From an uncultured Verrucomicrobiae bacterium (GTDB taxonomy: Bacteria; Verrucomicrobiota; Verrucomicrobiia; Chthoniobacterales; Chthoniobacteraceae): a DNA stretch of 64,000 nucleotides. The position numbers were made by a program, and so were the translations under genes. Positions 38,536 to 51,707 of the stretch are shown piece by piece. The DNA is taken from NCBI GenBank assembly GCA_963828525.1, contig CAWHEP010000014.1, positions 32,001 to 96,000 on the forward strand. Reading direction: 5' to 3'. Within the stretch, counting starts at the first letter, position 1. Each line of letters begins with the position of its first letter. The notes under the pieces are model-generated. The model saw nothing but the letters and a program-made list of their open reading frames with translations, was not told the DNA's origin and searched no databases.

Positions 38536-39887
38536 TCAGTGGGTAATCGAGGGGGAGTAGCCGCCGACAAGCCCCTCCGATTTACTGAACCGCGACCAGT
38601 TCAACCCGTAGAAAGCGACAAAGACGAAGCAGAACATCGGCACGACGTATCCCCGCGACATTCCGTAGTTGTCCGCGATGTAGCCCATCAACTTCGGCAG
38701 GAGCGCGCCGCCCATGATCGCCATTACAATAAAAGCCGATGCTTTTTTGGAACGGACGCCAAGGCCGAAGATGCCAAGCGCGAAAATCGTTGGGAACATA
38801 ATGGACATGAAAAAGTAACTCACAAAAACGCAGATCACCGAAACCCAGCCCAACTTGCAGATGATGAGAAGGCAAGCGCCCACGTTCACGATGGCGTAGA
38901 TCGCAAGCATCTTGTGCGCGGCGACCTTCTTCAACAACGCGGCTCCCGTGAACCGTCCGAGCAGGAAGCAAACAAAGCCCGCCGATGCCAGATAGGGAGG
39001 CGAAGGCGTTGCTGAAATGCAGCGCCGCCATCCTTGCCGGTCTCAAGCCATCCAGGATGCATGAAAGATGTCCACGAAGCCGGAATGGCCGGGACTTCAG
39101 AGGTCATGTAGTTGATGAAGAAGCTGAAAATTCCTGATTGGGCCGCGACGTAGCAAAATTGAGCGGCTACCGCCATTACGAAGTGCGGGTGGGACCAGAT
39201 GGAGTGGGAAACCCCGGGGGTCGCGTCGTCAAGATGGTAGTCGTCCTCGGTGTTGATGTCGGGCACATTTGCGAAGAAGAAGATTGCTGCAAGGATGATG
39301 ACCACCACGGCTACTCCCACGTAAGGGATGTAAAGGGTTGCGCTGCCCGTGCTCGCCCCGTGGGTATCTTTCGAGTAGAAATACATGCTGCCGGCGATTG
39401 GACCGAAAATCCAACCGATCCCGTTGCAGGACTGGGCAAGGTTGATGCGAGTCGCTGCGAACTCACTGGGCCCGAGAACGGTCGTGTAGGGATTTGCGAT
39501 CGTCTCGAGAAAGGTAAGCCCCGCGGCGATAAAACACACACCTACAAGGAATGCCCAGAAGGCGGCGATATGCGTCGCGGGGATAAACCAAAACCCGCCC
39601 GCCGCGACCATCAGTAAGCCGGTGATGATCCCGCCCTTGTAGCCAAGCTTGCTCGCCAACATACCCGCGGGCATCGCCATCAGAAAATAGCCCAGGTAAT
39701 GCGCCCATTGCACATTCGCGGACTGGGATAAAGTGAGGTGCAGTTCTTCCTGGAAATGCTTGTCCATGACATCAATCATGCCATTACAGAAACCCCATAG
39801 CAGGAACAGGGAGCTTACCAGCGCGAACGTGAAGAAGAGGTTTTTGCCGTCTTCGCCGATGAATATGCTTTTCTTATTTGTATTCAA
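38536..39887 (-). CDS. FucP-family sugar MFS transporter, frameshifted near 38940-39030
   Basis: SLFLLWGF, LETIANPY, YVAAQ in ORF 38931-39887; MSIMFPTIFALG, MAIMGGA in ORF 38536-38937. Confidence 0.88.
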
Positions 39888-40019
39888 TGTGGGGGATTTG
39901 ATGGGGATGATTTATTGCGGGGAGTAGTCTTCCTAGGCAGTTCCGCGCCTAATGGCAAGGTTCTTTAACGGAATCAGCGCCTGGGCGGGGCTGTGAGTAA
40001 GCGCGAAAGCGCGGCCTGT

Positions 40020-41057
40020 TCAGACCCGCTCGAGCTTGATCGGGTAAGTTTGTCCCGAAGCCCACTGCGCGACATAGATGCAGTTTTCATCGTCCACTAC
40101 GAGCCCGTGCGGATGCGTGAAAAGTGGGGACGTTCGCTGGAGAGGTAAAAGTTTGTTCTCTCCGTCGTATTCGGGAGGAGCGCCGCCCGGATTCGAAATC
40201 ACCCGATCATGCAAGTCCAGGATCGTCAGAAATCCGGCGCTCTTCGCGTCTCGCATCCGCAGTTGTGGAATGTAAATGGCATCCCCCTTGAAGTACATGT
40301 TGCAAGGCAGCGCGTTCGGCAGCTTGATCTCGCCCAGATAGGCTCCTTCCAGGCTGAACCGCTTTATGGAGCAATCCTGACGCGACGTGACGAGGAGGAC
40401 GGGGCGCGCCGGATCACGCATATCCACTGTGCCACCGTGCGCTTCGTTCACGCTTTCCGGAGCTTTTCCACGGCCACCGAAGAGGCGCTGCAGCTCACCC
40501 TTTGCGTTATAATGGAGAATCAGGGAAGTGCCGTAACCGTCCATGACGTAGAAGCTGCCATCGGGCGCCATGGCAACATCTGTCGGTTTGAACTGCTCCG
40601 CATTGACGAAATGCCCGCTTTCGTAAGGGGCGTTCAGCGTCATCAATATTTTGCCATCCAGGGTGGTTTTGAAAACCTGGTGCCGCGCGTAGTCCGTGAT
40701 GAAGAGGAACTCTTCGTCATTCTCGTTGACCAGCCTCATTCCGTGCGCGCCGGGAAAATCATGTCCCCATGTGTCCAGGAGCTTGCCACTTTTGTCGTAA
40801 ATGATGACGTTATTGCGGGACTCATTGGTGAGCAAAAGCAGCCGCCCGCGCTTGTCCTGCACCATCGAGTGGCAATCATTTACCGGGGTGTCCTTCGTGA
40901 GGACCCCCCATTTCGGCACCGCCTTATAGCGGTGATCGCCCTGGCCTAGAATATCAGGATCGTCCGCGGCGGCGGAAGCACGAGCAAGCAGGGAGCATCC
41001 AGCGGCAGCGAGGGTGGTGGTTTGAATGAATGCCCGTCGGGAATAGGAAGGAGTCAT
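40020..41057 (-). CDS. Tat-exported NHL-repeat beta-propeller protein
   Basis: SRRAFI signal; GAHG, PTDVA, DGYG, HPHG, YVAQW. Confidence 0.8.
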   Translation of the reverse strand: MTPSYSRRAFIQTTTLAAAGCSLLARASAAADDPDILGQGDHRYKAVPKWGVLTKDTPVNDCHSMVQDKRGRLLLLTNESRNNVIIYDKSGKLLDTWGHDFPGAHGMRLVNENDEEFLFITDYARHQVFKTTLDGKILMTLNAPYESGHFVNAEQFKPTDVAMAPDGSFYVMDGYGTSLILHYNAKGELQRLFGGRGKAPESVNEAHGGTVDMRDPARPVLLVTSRQDCSIKRFSLEGAYLGEIKLPNALPCNMYFKGDAIYIPQLRMRDAKSAGFLTILDLHDRVISNPGGAPPEYDGENKLLPLQRTSPLFTHPHGLVVDDENCIYVAQWASGQTYPIKLERV

Positions 41058-41119
41058 AAGCAGGGGAGCGCTCCCATTGACAAGGGGAGCGTGTTTTTGC
41101 ATAGTCGTTTCCGCCCCCC

Positions 41120-42781
41120 TTGTCTATCCAAAAACCTCCAGGCCGGTTTAGAAAAGCGCAGATCGGCCACCGGATTCCCCGGGGTATGCTTGTCATCTGT
41201 TTGCTGAGCATTTTCGTGCTCGCTCTCCTGCCTTTCCTGCAAGTGGGGGATGGCAAGACGATCCCGCCCTTCGCGCTTTTCCTGGGCCGCTTTCATCCGG
41301 TTGTGCTTCACGTGCCGATCGGACTGATATTGCTCGCGATCATCCTGGAACACGCGCATATACGCGGCTTGAGGCAATGGGTGCCCGAAGTGCAGCCGCA
41401 GATGATCACCTTCCTCATGTTCTGCGCGGCGCTTAGCGCAGTGGCTTCGACAGTCCTTGGCTGGATGCTCTCGTATAGCGGAGGGTATGAGCCCGTTCTT
41501 CTCCAGAGACACTTTATCGCGGCGATGATCACCGCGTTCGGGGCAAACTTCGCGCTGCTTTTCAAATTGATCGGCGACGCCCATCCGTCCAGCCGCCTGG
41601 CTTCCGTGTCCTGCCAGCTCATGCTGCTGGTTACCGCCGGGGCCCTGGCGCTTGCCGGACACCTCGGCGCGTCCATCACCCATGGCGAGGATTATCTCAC
41701 GGAGTACGCGCCCAACCCGATCCGGCATTTGCTTGGCTTGCCCATCCATATCGATCCGGCTGATCTGCCGTGGAAGCCGCTCCCGGAACGAGTCGCGTTT
41801 GCGGAGGAGGTGCAGCCGGTGCTCACGGAGCGTTGCGTCGGGTGTCACAGCGGACAAAAGGCAAAGGGGGGCTTGAGGCTGGATGGATTTGATCAAATCG
41901 TGAAGGGCGGCAATAGCGGCGCCGTGTTGATTGCTGGAGACCCAGCGAAGAGCTCCCTGATTCGGTACCTGGACCTCCCCGAGTCCGATCCCAAACACAT
42001 GCCGCCCAAGGGTAAGACACAGTTGAGCGACGACGAGCGTCTCATACTGGATTGGTGGGTTGGGGCGGGCGCGCCTGATCGCAAGACGGTAGGGGAGCTG
42101 TTGCCTCCGGAGGAAGTTCAACTGGCGATGAGCCGGAACGTTCCCGAATCCGTCCGCAAAAAGCAGGAGGCGGAGAAGCAGCATGCGCTGGCGCAGCTTG
42201 CGCCCATAGTGGCCGCGGCGCAAAAGGACGTGCCTGGGTACCTGCGAGCTATCGCGCCGGGGGATACCGCCCTGGAATTCTCGGCGAATCCCTACCCAGA
42301 GAAATTCGGAGACGATCAACTCCGGGCGCTCGCGCCAGTCGCGGAACACGTTGCGATACTCGATCTGCGCCGCACGAAGGTTACGGATGCCGGCTTGGAC
42401 GAATGCGGGAAGATGCCGGGGCTGCGCCGGCTGGAATTACAAGAGACAAAGGTTGGCGACCGGGGGCTCGCGGCAATTGGCGGCCTTGCGAACCTCGAGA
42501 TCCTGAACTTGTACGGCACGCGCGTCACTGACGCGGGGCTTGCGAGCCTTTCCTCCTTGAAAAAGCTGCGGAAATTGTATATTCAAGGCACTCCTGTGTC
42601 GGAGGCGGGGCGCGCCAAACTGGGCAAGCTGCTTCCGAAGCTGGAAATAGTAAAAGCTGACCCTGTGCCCAAAGCGCTTATGAACGTTCAAACGTCCGTT
42701 CCGACAGTCAAACCGGTTATGGCCAGAACCGGTGGCAAGAACGTATCGTCTTCCCTCCCGGTGCCTTCCCCTAAACCATGA
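41120..42781 (+). CDS. Membrane protein with c-type cytochrome domain and leucine-rich repeats
   Basis: GRFHPVVLHVPIG, GHLGASITHG, CVGCH, HMPP, LxLxxTxVTDAG repeats; alternative start ATG 41186. Confidence 0.82.
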   Translation: MSIQKPPGRFRKAQIGHRIPRGMLVICLLSIFVLALLPFLQVGDGKTIPPFALFLGRFHPVVLHVPIGLILLAIILEHAHIRGLRQWVPEVQPQMITFLMFCAALSAVASTVLGWMLSYSGGYEPVLLQRHFIAAMITAFGANFALLFKLIGDAHPSSRLASVSCQLMLLVTAGALALAGHLGASITHGEDYLTEYAPNPIRHLLGLPIHIDPADLPWKPLPERVAFAEEVQPVLTERCVGCHSGQKAKGGLRLDGFDQIVKGGNSGAVLIAGDPAKSSLIRYLDLPESDPKHMPPKGKTQLSDDERLILDWWVGAGAPDRKTVGELLPPEEVQLAMSRNVPESVRKKQEAEKQHALAQLAPIVAAAQKDVPGYLRAIAPGDTALEFSANPYPEKFGDDQLRALAPVAEHVAILDLRRTKVTDAGLDECGKMPGLRRLELQETKVGDRGLAAIGGLANLEILNLYGTRVTDAGLASLSSLKKLRKLYIQGTPVSEAGRAKLGKLLPKLEIVKADPVPKALMNVQTSVPTVKPVMARTGGKNVSSSLPVPSPKP

Positions 42782-45700
42782 GGCGTTTCGCTGTCATAGC
42801 GGTTCTGTTGATCGTCCTTTCGGGAGCGGCAGGGTTGGTCCGAGCATCGTTTATTTCTTTCAAGAACTTTGCGACCTCCTCGGGGAACCAGGCCGACGCC
42901 GCCACGGAGGCTTCGCTGCCCTCGAAGATTACGTTTAACGAACATATCGGCCCGATCCTTTCGGATAACTGCTACTTTTGCCACGGTCAGGACGCCACGG
43001 CGCGCAAAGCCGATCTGCGCGTAGATCGCGCTGAGTTCGCGTTTCTTTCGCGCAAGAATGGCCTTCCGGCCATCGTGAAGGGGCATCCTGAGACCAGCGC
43101 GATCATACAGCGCATCACGTCGAAGGATCCCAATCAGGTGATGCCCCCTCCGAGCACTCACAAGACACTTACTCCTGTTCAAATCGCGCTCCTGACCCGG
43201 TGGGTCAAGGATGGCGCCGAATACCAGGAGCATTGGGCGTTTGTGAAACCGGAGCGCCCTCCAGAGCCGGATGTGAAGCAGGCGGGCTGGGTGAAGAATC
43301 CCATCGACAGCTTTGTTCTTGCCAAAATGGAATCAAAAGGCCTCGCGCCGGAGGCTGAAGCGGATCGCCGATCTCTCCTTCGCCGAGTGACGCTGGATCT
43401 CACCGGGCTGCCGCCCACGCCGGACGACATCGCCCGCTTTCTTGCCGATAAATCTCCAGGAGCTTATGAAAAGCTCGTGGATGGTTTGCTCGCGAGCCCG
43501 CACTACGGAGAACACGAAGCCCGCTACTGGCTGGACGCCGCCCGGTTTGCGGAAACGGTCGGGCAGCACATTGATGAACCAGCCCCGACCTGGCCGTACC
43601 GGGACTGGGTTATAAAGGCGTTCAACGACAACAAGCCATTCGACCGCTTCACTATTGAACAAGTAGCGGGAGATCTGTTGCCGAATCGGACTATCGACCA
43701 GCAAGTGGCAACGGGCTTTACCCGCTGCGGTATCTCGACGGCGGAGGGCGGCAGCATCGAAGCGGAATTGCTTGCGACCTACGCCAAGGAACATGTCGAA
43801 ACAAACGCTGCGACTTTCCTGGGTCTGACAATGGGCTGTTGCGCGTGTCATGACCATAAGTTCGATCCGATTTCGCAGAAGGAATTTTACCAATTCACGG
43901 CCTTCTTCCGTAACACAACGCAAAAGGGAATCACGGATCGCAAGTTTCCGACCGTCACCCCCTACATCGTACTGCCAGCGGAGGCCGACCGGGCTCGGTG
44001 GGATGCTTTACCGAAGGAGCGGGAAGCCGCGCAAAACGCAATCAGCGCCTATATGGCAACTTATATCGCGGGCAAGGGACAAACGGCGGCTCCCGGCATA
44101 TTGCAGCGACTCGCAAGTTCGAAGCTCCAGCCACCCGTCAATACGAAGGATTTGGAGGTTCGACTTCTTCTCAGGGAAAACGATGGGGGGAAGATCCAGA
44201 GCACCGCCAATGTCGCTTATTCACTTACAGGCGAGCCAAAGTGGGTTGATGGCGGAGTGCTGGGCCCAGCCCCACTTTTGGATGGGACGAGCTACGCCGA
44301 ACTTGGAAACCTAGGTGACTTCGATACCAAGGATTCTTTTTCGTATGGGGCCTGGGTCAAGGTCACGGGCGCGCCTACAGGCGCTCTCTTCTCCCGGATG
44401 GATCGGAATGACAACTTCCGGGGATGGGATTTATGGCTTGAGAATGGAAAACCAACTGCGCATCTGATAAGCTTCTGGCCTCGCAATGCGATCAAACAAG
44501 TGGCTTCCAAGCCGCTAACGCCCGGAGTGTGGCAGCACGTCTTCGTCACCTACAACGGCTCCAGCAAGGCGTCCGGCTTGAAAGTTTATGTTGATGGAGA
44601 GGCTGCGACAACGAAGCCCGGCGAAGATAGCCTGACTGAATCGATCCGCTCTCCCGCCCAGTTTATACTCGGCCGGCGCAGCGGGGGCGATGGCGCTCCC
44701 GGCGTCGCCATACAGGACGTTCGCGTCTACAAACGCCTCCTCGGGATGACTGAAATCAAGGCTCTGAGCGGGAGCGAAGTTTTGCCGTTTGTTCAGAACA
44801 TCCCCGTAGAGAAACTTTCCCCCGCCCAGCAAACTTGGGCTCTGAACTACCTGCTCAAGGATGACCCCAAGCTGGCCCAACTAAAAGCTACCGCAAACAA
44901 GCTGAAAGCGGAGTTTGAGGCTATTTCCGAACGAAGTCCCGTTACGATGGTGATGGATGATAAACCGACTCCGGCATTTGCCTACGTGCTCAAGCGGGGG
45001 CAGTACGATCAGCCTGGTGAGAAGGTTGAGCCGGGTGTACCCAAGGTTCTGCCTCCCATGCCGAAGGGTGCTCCCAAGAACCGGCTCGGCTTGGCGCAGT
45101 GGCTTGTTGATCCCAGCAACCCGCTCCTATCGCGAGTGACCGTCAATCGATTCTGGCAGCAGTTTTTTGGAGTGGGTATCGTAAAGACGTCCGAAGATTT
45201 TGGGATGATGGGCGAGCGGCCCGTCAACCAACCCTTACTCGATTGGCTGGCGGTCGAATTCGAGGATTCCCATTGGAACGTTAAACACATGCTGAAGCTG
45301 ATGGTGACATCTGCGGCGTACATGCAATCGGACCGGATCACCCAGGAAAAACACGATCAGGATCCTGAAAATCGCCTCGTTTCGCATGGACCGCGTTTCC
45401 GGATGGATGCCGAGATGATCCGAGACCAAGCCCTGGCGGCAAGCGGTTTGCTGGTGCCGAAGATTGGCGGTCCGAGCGTCAAGCCGTATCAGCCCAAGGG
45501 TATTTGGGAGGTGGTCTCCATGACTAACGAAACTTATGTCCCGGACAAAGGGGAAAATAACTATCGGCGCAGCATGTATACCTATTGGAAACGCCTCGCG
45601 CCCAATCCCGACCTCGCGACGCTGGACGTGCCTACGAGGGAAACTTGCACCGTTCGCCGTGACCGCACGAATACACCTCTCCAGGCCTTGCTGGTGGAAA

Positions 45701-46014
45701 ATGATCCGCAATATGTCGAAGCCGCCCGCAACCTCGCCGCGCATGCGATTTCCGCCGCTTCCGATCCTGCAGCGCGGCTGGATTATATGTCCGAGCGTTT
45801 GCTCGCCCGTCCCCTCGACGACCGGGAAAAGCAGATTTTCATGAAGTCTCTCTCGCGGTTTAGCGATGCCTATACCAAGAAGCCTGACTCCGCCGCGCAG
45901 CTTCTTAAAGTTGGGGACAGCCCCGTGGACGCTTCCATTCCGGCGCCGGAGCAGGCGGCGTGGACTATGGTGGCCAGCCAGTTCATCAACCTCGACGAAA
46001 CACTCAATAAATAG
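42778..46014 (+). CDS. DUF1549/DUF1553 planctomycete cytochrome c domain protein with LamG insert
   Basis: [49 protein letters not shown]. Confidence 0.9.
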   Translation: MRRFAVIAVLLIVLSGAAGLVRASFISFKNFATSSGNQADAATEASLPSKITFNEHIGPILSDNCYFCHGQDATARKADLRVDRAEFAFLSRKNGLPAIVKGHPETSAIIQRITSKDPNQVMPPPSTHKTLTPVQIALLTRWVKDGAEYQEHWAFVKPERPPEPDVKQAGWVKNPIDSFVLAKMESKGLAPEAEADRRSLLRRVTLDLTGLPPTPDDIARFLADKSPGAYEKLVDGLLASPHYGEHEARYWLDAARFAETVGQHIDEPAPTWPYRDWVIKAFNDNKPFDRFTIEQVAGDLLPNRTIDQQVATGFTRCGISTAEGGSIEAELLATYAKEHVETNAATFLGLTMGCCACHDHKFDPISQKEFYQFTAFFRNTTQKGITDRKFPTVTPYIVLPAEADRARWDALPKEREAAQNAISAYMATYIAGKGQTAAPGILQRLASSKLQPPVNTKDLEVRLLLRENDGGKIQSTANVAYSLTGEPKWVDGGVLGPAPLLDGTSYAELGNLGDFDTKDSFSYGAWVKVTGAPTGALFSRMDRNDNFRGWDLWLENGKPTAHLISFWPRNAIKQVASKPLTPGVWQHVFVTYNGSSKASGLKVYVDGEAATTKPGEDSLTESIRSPAQFILGRRSGGDGAPGVAIQDVRVYKRLLGMTEIKALSGSEVLPFVQNIPVEKLSPAQQTWALNYLLKDDPKLAQLKATANKLKAEFEAISERSPVTMVMDDKPTPAFAYVLKRGQYDQPGEKVEPGVPKVLPPMPKGAPKNRLGLAQWLVDPSNPLLSRVTVNRFWQQFFGVGIVKTSEDFGMMGERPVNQPLLDWLAVEFEDSHWNVKHMLKLMVTSAAYMQSDRITQEKHDQDPENRLVSHGPRFRMDAEMIRDQALAASGLLVPKIGGPSVKPYQPKGIWEVVSMTNETYVPDKGENNYRRSMYTYWKRLAPNPDLATLDVPTRETCTVRRDRTNTPLQALLVENDPQYVEAARNLAAHAISAASDPAARLDYMSERLLARPLDDREKQIFMKSLSRFSDAYTKKPDSAAQLLKVGDSPVDASIPAPEQAAWTMVASQFINLDETLNK

Positions 46015-46022
46015 GTCGAATC

Positions 46023-47498
46023 ATGGAACCTCTGGATTTTTTCTGTCAGCAACACTCGCGGCGGCAATTCCTTGGCAAGGCAGCCAAGGGGCTGGGTGGC
46101 GCCGCTCTCGCTTCCATGCTAGGTGGCTCTTTCCTGTCGCAACTCGCCCGGGCTGCGGCCACTGGGGATGCGACTGGCCTGACGGCCGCTCTTCCTAATT
46201 TTGCTCCTAAAGCCAAGCGCGCGATTTACCTGTTCATGGCTGGAGCCCCATCCCAGCTCGATCTATGGGACTATAAGCCAAACCTCAAGGCGATGTTCGA
46301 CAAGGATCTGCCCGACTCCGTGCGCAATGGCCAGCGTCTCACGGGCATGACTTCAAATCAGTCGAGATTTCCCCTGGCCCCTTCCATTTTTGATTTCAAG
46401 CAATACGGGCAATCCGGCACATGGGTAAGCGACCTGCTTCCATGGACGAGTCAGGTTGTGGACAACCTTGCCGTCATCAAGAGCGTCTGGACGGATGCGA
46501 TCAATCACGAACCAGCCATCACTCTCATCCAAACCGGGAACATGAACACCGGGCATCCTTCGCTTGGCTCCTGGATTTCTTACGGTCTTGGTTCGCTCAA
46601 TGAAAATCTTCCCACGTTCGTTGTCCTGACCTCGAAGTTTACCAACAAGAAGAACATTCAGGCATTGTCTTCCCGGCTCTGGTCTGCCGGGTTCCTCCCT
46701 TCGGAGCACGCTGGCTGTTGTCTGCGCGGCTCGGGAGATCCGGTGCTTTACCTTACAGATCCAGATGGCGTTGAGCGGTCAATCCGCCGCGACATGCTTG
46801 ATGGAGTGACAGCGCTAGACAGTATCGAGCACGAGCGCATCGGGGATCCGGAGACTGAGACGCGCATCTCCGAATATGAGATGGCTTTCCGCATGCAGAC
46901 AGCGGTGCCCGAACTTACCGACCTCTCCGGCGAGCCTGCCGCAACCTACGATCTTTACGGTGACGCGGCGAGGGAGCCGGGAACTTTCGCGGCGAATTGC
47001 CTGCTGGCGCGCCGGATGGCCGAGCGCGGAGTCCGCTTCGTGCAAATATTTCATCGTGGTTGGGACCAGCACTCCAATCTGCCGGAAAGCATGCGCCTGC
47101 AGTGCGGGGATGTTGATCGCGGCTGCTATGGCTTGATTCAGGATCTAAAGCAAAGAGGCCTTCTGGATGACACCCTCGTTATTTGGGGTGGCGAATTTGG
47201 CCGGACGGTATATTCCCAAGGCACTCTTACGCACGCCAACTACGGGCGCGATCATCACCCGCGTTGCTTCACCATGTGGATGGCAGGCGCGGGAATCAAA
47301 GCGGGCATCAGCTATGGCGTTACCGATGACTTCAGTTATAACATTGTTCAGAACCCGGTGCATATCGGCGATCTCAACGCCACGATCCTTAATCAGTTCG
47401 GCATCGACGCGAATCATTACTCCTACAAGTTCCAGGGCCTCGATCAGCGGTTGGTTGGAGTCATCGACGCTGACGTGGTGAAGGGTATCCTCGCTTAA
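46023..47498 (+). CDS. DUF1501 domain protein (Tat signal)
   Basis: [34 protein letters not shown]. Confidence 0.9.
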   Translation: MEPLDFFCQQHSRRQFLGKAAKGLGGAALASMLGGSFLSQLARAAATGDATGLTAALPNFAPKAKRAIYLFMAGAPSQLDLWDYKPNLKAMFDKDLPDSVRNGQRLTGMTSNQSRFPLAPSIFDFKQYGQSGTWVSDLLPWTSQVVDNLAVIKSVWTDAINHEPAITLIQTGNMNTGHPSLGSWISYGLGSLNENLPTFVVLTSKFTNKKNIQALSSRLWSAGFLPSEHAGCCLRGSGDPVLYLTDPDGVERSIRRDMLDGVTALDSIEHERIGDPETETRISEYEMAFRMQTAVPELTDLSGEPAATYDLYGDAAREPGTFAANCLLARRMAERGVRFVQIFHRGWDQHSNLPESMRLQCGDVDRGCYGLIQDLKQRGLLDDTLVIWGGEFGRTVYSQGTLTHANYGRDHHPRCFTMWMAGAGIKAGISYGVTDDFSYNIVQNPVHIGDLNATILNQFGIDANHYSYKFQGLDQRLVGVIDADVVKGILA

Positions 47499-47528
47499 GC
47501 CAGGGAGTGGCAGCCGATTGGCCGCCAA

Positions 47529-47873
47529 CTATTTCGACGAATCCGGCGCGTGTTTGTTGACCGCCAGGCGTGGCCAGTGATCACCCACGTTAACCTTGTC
47601 CCAGTCAGCCCGGAACAGGATTACTTCCCGCCTGGCCAACTTACCCTTGTTATTGCGTCCTTCGATTTCGACCCAATAAATGTCGGGGATGCTGAAACGG
47701 AACAACGAAGAGGGATAGTAGGGCGAATCCATCGCGAACCGCGCCCGCTTCCTGATAACGATGCCCTGTTTGATGGAGCAGCAGGATGCCACAAGCAACA
47801 CCGGAACCAGGAGCAACAGACGGACTCTTAAACTCACTCTCGCAGCATCACCAACATTGCTGCCAAATGTCAA
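47529..47873 (-). CDS. Hypothetical lipoprotein
   Basis: Hydrophobic stretch ending LVASC; fills the intergenic space; start uncertain. Confidence 0.45.
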   Translation of the reverse strand: MTFGSNVGDAARVSLRVRLLLLVPVLLVASCCSIKQGIVIRKRARFAMDSPYYPSSLFRFSIPDIYWVEIEGRNNKGKLARREVILFRADWDKVNVGDHWPRLAVNKHAPDSSK

Positions 47874-47895
47874 TCAAATGGCGTGGGATTACTTA

Positions 47896-49686
47896 TTAGC
47901 CGCATCGAAGTCCCGCCGGGCCCCCCGCGCGGGAAAGGTTCTGGGCTGTATTCACCAGGCCGACATGTGAGAAGGCTTGGGGAAAATTCCCCGCCAGGCG
48001 CTTGCCGACAGGGTCATATTCTTCGGCCAGCAGACCGAGATCGTTGCGCAACGCCAGCAAGCGCTCGAATAATTCCTCCGCCTCGGCCTGTCGCCCTGAC
48101 AAGGCCATGCAATCGGCAAGCCAGAAGGAACAGGGTAAAAATACGCCTTCTCCCGGCGGGAGACCATCCACGCTCACGGATGTGTCAGGGTGATAACGAT
48201 ATACAAAACCGTTTTCCATCAATTCTGCCTCTACCGCCCGGATGGTGCGCTGAACGCGCTCGTCCGTGATTGGCAGGAATCCCACGAGGGGGATCATGAG
48301 CAGACTGGCATCGAGCTTGTCTGAGCCGTAGAACTGTGTGAAGCATCCTTTGCCGGCATTGTAACCTTGGCGGCAGACTTCATCATGGATACTGGCGCGC
48401 AGAGCCTTCCAACGCGCGGCGTCTCCGTCCAGCTTGTATTCCTCGATGGACTTCACCGCGCGGTCGGCAGCAACCCACGCCATGACTTTGGAGTGCGTGA
48501 AATGCCTCCGCCCGCCGCGCACCTCCCATATACCCTCATCGGGTTGGGACCAGTTCGATTCGATGAACTCCAGCAATCCCTGCTCCAGCCGCCACGCCAT
48601 TTCGTCCGGTGCAATGTCAGCCCGCCGACATTGATACAGGCAGTCGAGGACTTCGCCGTAGACATCGAGTTGAAACTGCCCTGAAGCGGCGTTTCCGATC
48701 CGAACCGGAGAAGATTTTTCGAATCCCGCGAGCCATTCCAGATTGAATTCAGGCAGCCTCCGCTCTCCCTGGACTCCGTAAAGAATCTGAAGCTTCGAAG
48801 GACTGCCGGCGATCGCGCGCAGCAGCCAGTCCCTCCAGGCTTTGGCCTCCTCGTGGTAGCCCGCTCCCAGTAACGAGTACAGCGTTAAGGTGGCATCCCG
48901 CAGCCAGCAGTACCGGTAATCCCAATTTCTTTCGCCGCCGAACTGCTCCGGCAGTGAAGTCGTAGGGGCCGCGACAATCCCGCCTGTCGGGGCGTAGGTC
49001 AGCCCCTTTAGGGTGATCAGCGAGCGGTTGACCGCTTCCTTCCATTTGCCAGCTACATCTCCATCGCAACGTCCTGACCAGTCTCGCCAAAATTCTTCTG
49101 TTTCCCGCAGTGACCTGCCCGCGTCGAGCGCGGCTGGCAGATCTTCAAAGGAGGGATGCCACGTCAGCACAAACGGGATCAACTCTCCCTCCGAAACTGT
49201 GAATTCCGCGATAGTGGTAAAATTCTCACCCCTTGTTTGGACCGGGGTTCTCAGCACCAGCGCATCCGGACCCGCAATCGCTTCCAGCGCTCCATCCCTG
49301 CGCCTGACCCAAGGCACCATCGAGCCGTAGTCGAAGCGGATTATCAGCTCCATGCGCATCGCGATCTTCCCGGCGACGCCTTCAACCATGCGAATGATGG
49401 ATGGATGAGTGTCCCGGGTGGGCATAAAGTCGATTACCCGCGCGCAGCCTTCGCTATTCCTATGCTCAGTCTCAAGGATCAGCGTTCCGTCGCGGTAACG
49501 TCTCTCTAACGTCGCGGCGTTGGCTGGGGCGAGCCTCCAGCAGCCATTCTCCGCCTCGCCGAGCATTGCCGCAAAGCAGGCGGGTGAATCAAACCTGGGC
49601 GCGCAAAACCAATCGATGGAGCCATTCCGGCTCACGAGAGCGGCGGTGCATGTGTCACCGATGAACCCGTAATCCTCAATCTTCAT
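47896..49686 (-). CDS. Glycoside hydrolase family 15 (glucoamylase/trehalase-like)
   Basis: MKIEDYGFIGD, RNWDYRYCWLRD, QLDVYGE, GIWEVR, LLAEE, GNFPQAFSH. Confidence 0.93.
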   Translation of the reverse strand: MKIEDYGFIGDTCTAALVSRNGSIDWFCAPRFDSPACFAAMLGEAENGCWRLAPANAATLERRYRDGTLILETEHRNSEGCARVIDFMPTRDTHPSIIRMVEGVAGKIAMRMELIIRFDYGSMVPWVRRRDGALEAIAGPDALVLRTPVQTRGENFTTIAEFTVSEGELIPFVLTWHPSFEDLPAALDAGRSLRETEEFWRDWSGRCDGDVAGKWKEAVNRSLITLKGLTYAPTGGIVAAPTTSLPEQFGGERNWDYRYCWLRDATLTLYSLLGAGYHEEAKAWRDWLLRAIAGSPSKLQILYGVQGERRLPEFNLEWLAGFEKSSPVRIGNAASGQFQLDVYGEVLDCLYQCRRADIAPDEMAWRLEQGLLEFIESNWSQPDEGIWEVRGGRRHFTHSKVMAWVAADRAVKSIEEYKLDGDAARWKALRASIHDEVCRQGYNAGKGCFTQFYGSDKLDASLLMIPLVGFLPITDERVQRTIRAVEAELMENGFVYRYHPDTSVSVDGLPPGEGVFLPCSFWLADCMALSGRQAEAEELFERLLALRNDLGLLAEEYDPVGKRLAGNFPQAFSHVGLVNTAQNLSRAGGPAGLRCG

Positions 49687-49715
49687 TGAACGACGTGCCT
49701 CTCTCGCGCGAACGA

Positions 49716-50929
<1,214 letters not shown>

Positions 50930-50933
<4 letters not shown>

Positions 50934-51700
50934 CGCGGGAGCTCGCTTTCGAGTTGAAGCCGGTGAGCCTCCACTATTTTCTCCAATTCCTCTTTCGAGT
51001 TCAGCCTGCTGCTCACAGCCATGTCGCTCAGGACCCGCCCGTCCCGCATGATGATATTCCTCGTCGCGTATGACGCGATGTCCAGTTCGTGCGTAACCAT
51101 GATGACGGTGATTCCTTGCTCGTTCAGCCTTTGGAAAACCCCCATGATCTCGACGCTCGTGCGGCTGTCCAGGTTGCCGGTAGGCTCGTCCGCAAGCAGT
51201 ACCTCGGGATCGTTGATCAGCGCGCGAGCGACCGCCACTCGTTGCTGCTGGCCACCGGAGAGCTGGCTCGGGTGATGACCGGTTCTACCTCCCAGACCCA
51301 CCATTTCAAGAGCGCTCCGAGCCTTCTCGCGCAGTTCCCGGGTTGTGAGCTTTTTCTGCGAGTATAGCAGCGGTAACTCGACGTTTTCGATAGCGGAGGT
51401 CCGGGAGAGCAGGTTAAAGCTTTGGAAAACGAATCCGAGCTTCTGATTTCGGATGTCCGCCAACTGATTCCGATTTAGTCGCGAAACGTCCGCACCATCC
51501 AGATAGTAGTGGCCCTTTGTCGGTCGATCCAGGCAGCCGAGCATGTTCATGATGGTTGACTTCCCGGATCCGCTTGCTCCCATGAAAGCCACAAATTCTC
51601 CCTTGTGGATATCGAGCGACACGCCTCTGACCGCATGCACATCCACCTCTCCACTGCGGTATGTCTTGAAGATTTCCTCCAGCTTTACGACAGCCGCCAT
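50930..51700 (-). CDS. MacB/LolD-like ABC ATPase
   Basis: [27 protein letters not shown]. Confidence 0.95.
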
Positions 51701-51707
51701 AGCCTCG

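Noticed and set aside
41054..42349. Long antisense ORFs such as 41054-42349, 34349-35356 and 9865-10911
   Set aside because: Shadow ORFs expected at high GC, opposite well-supported genes and without motifs.
42310..42650. Repeated LxLxxTxV[TGS] units
   Set aside because: Leucine-rich repeats inside a CDS, already explained.
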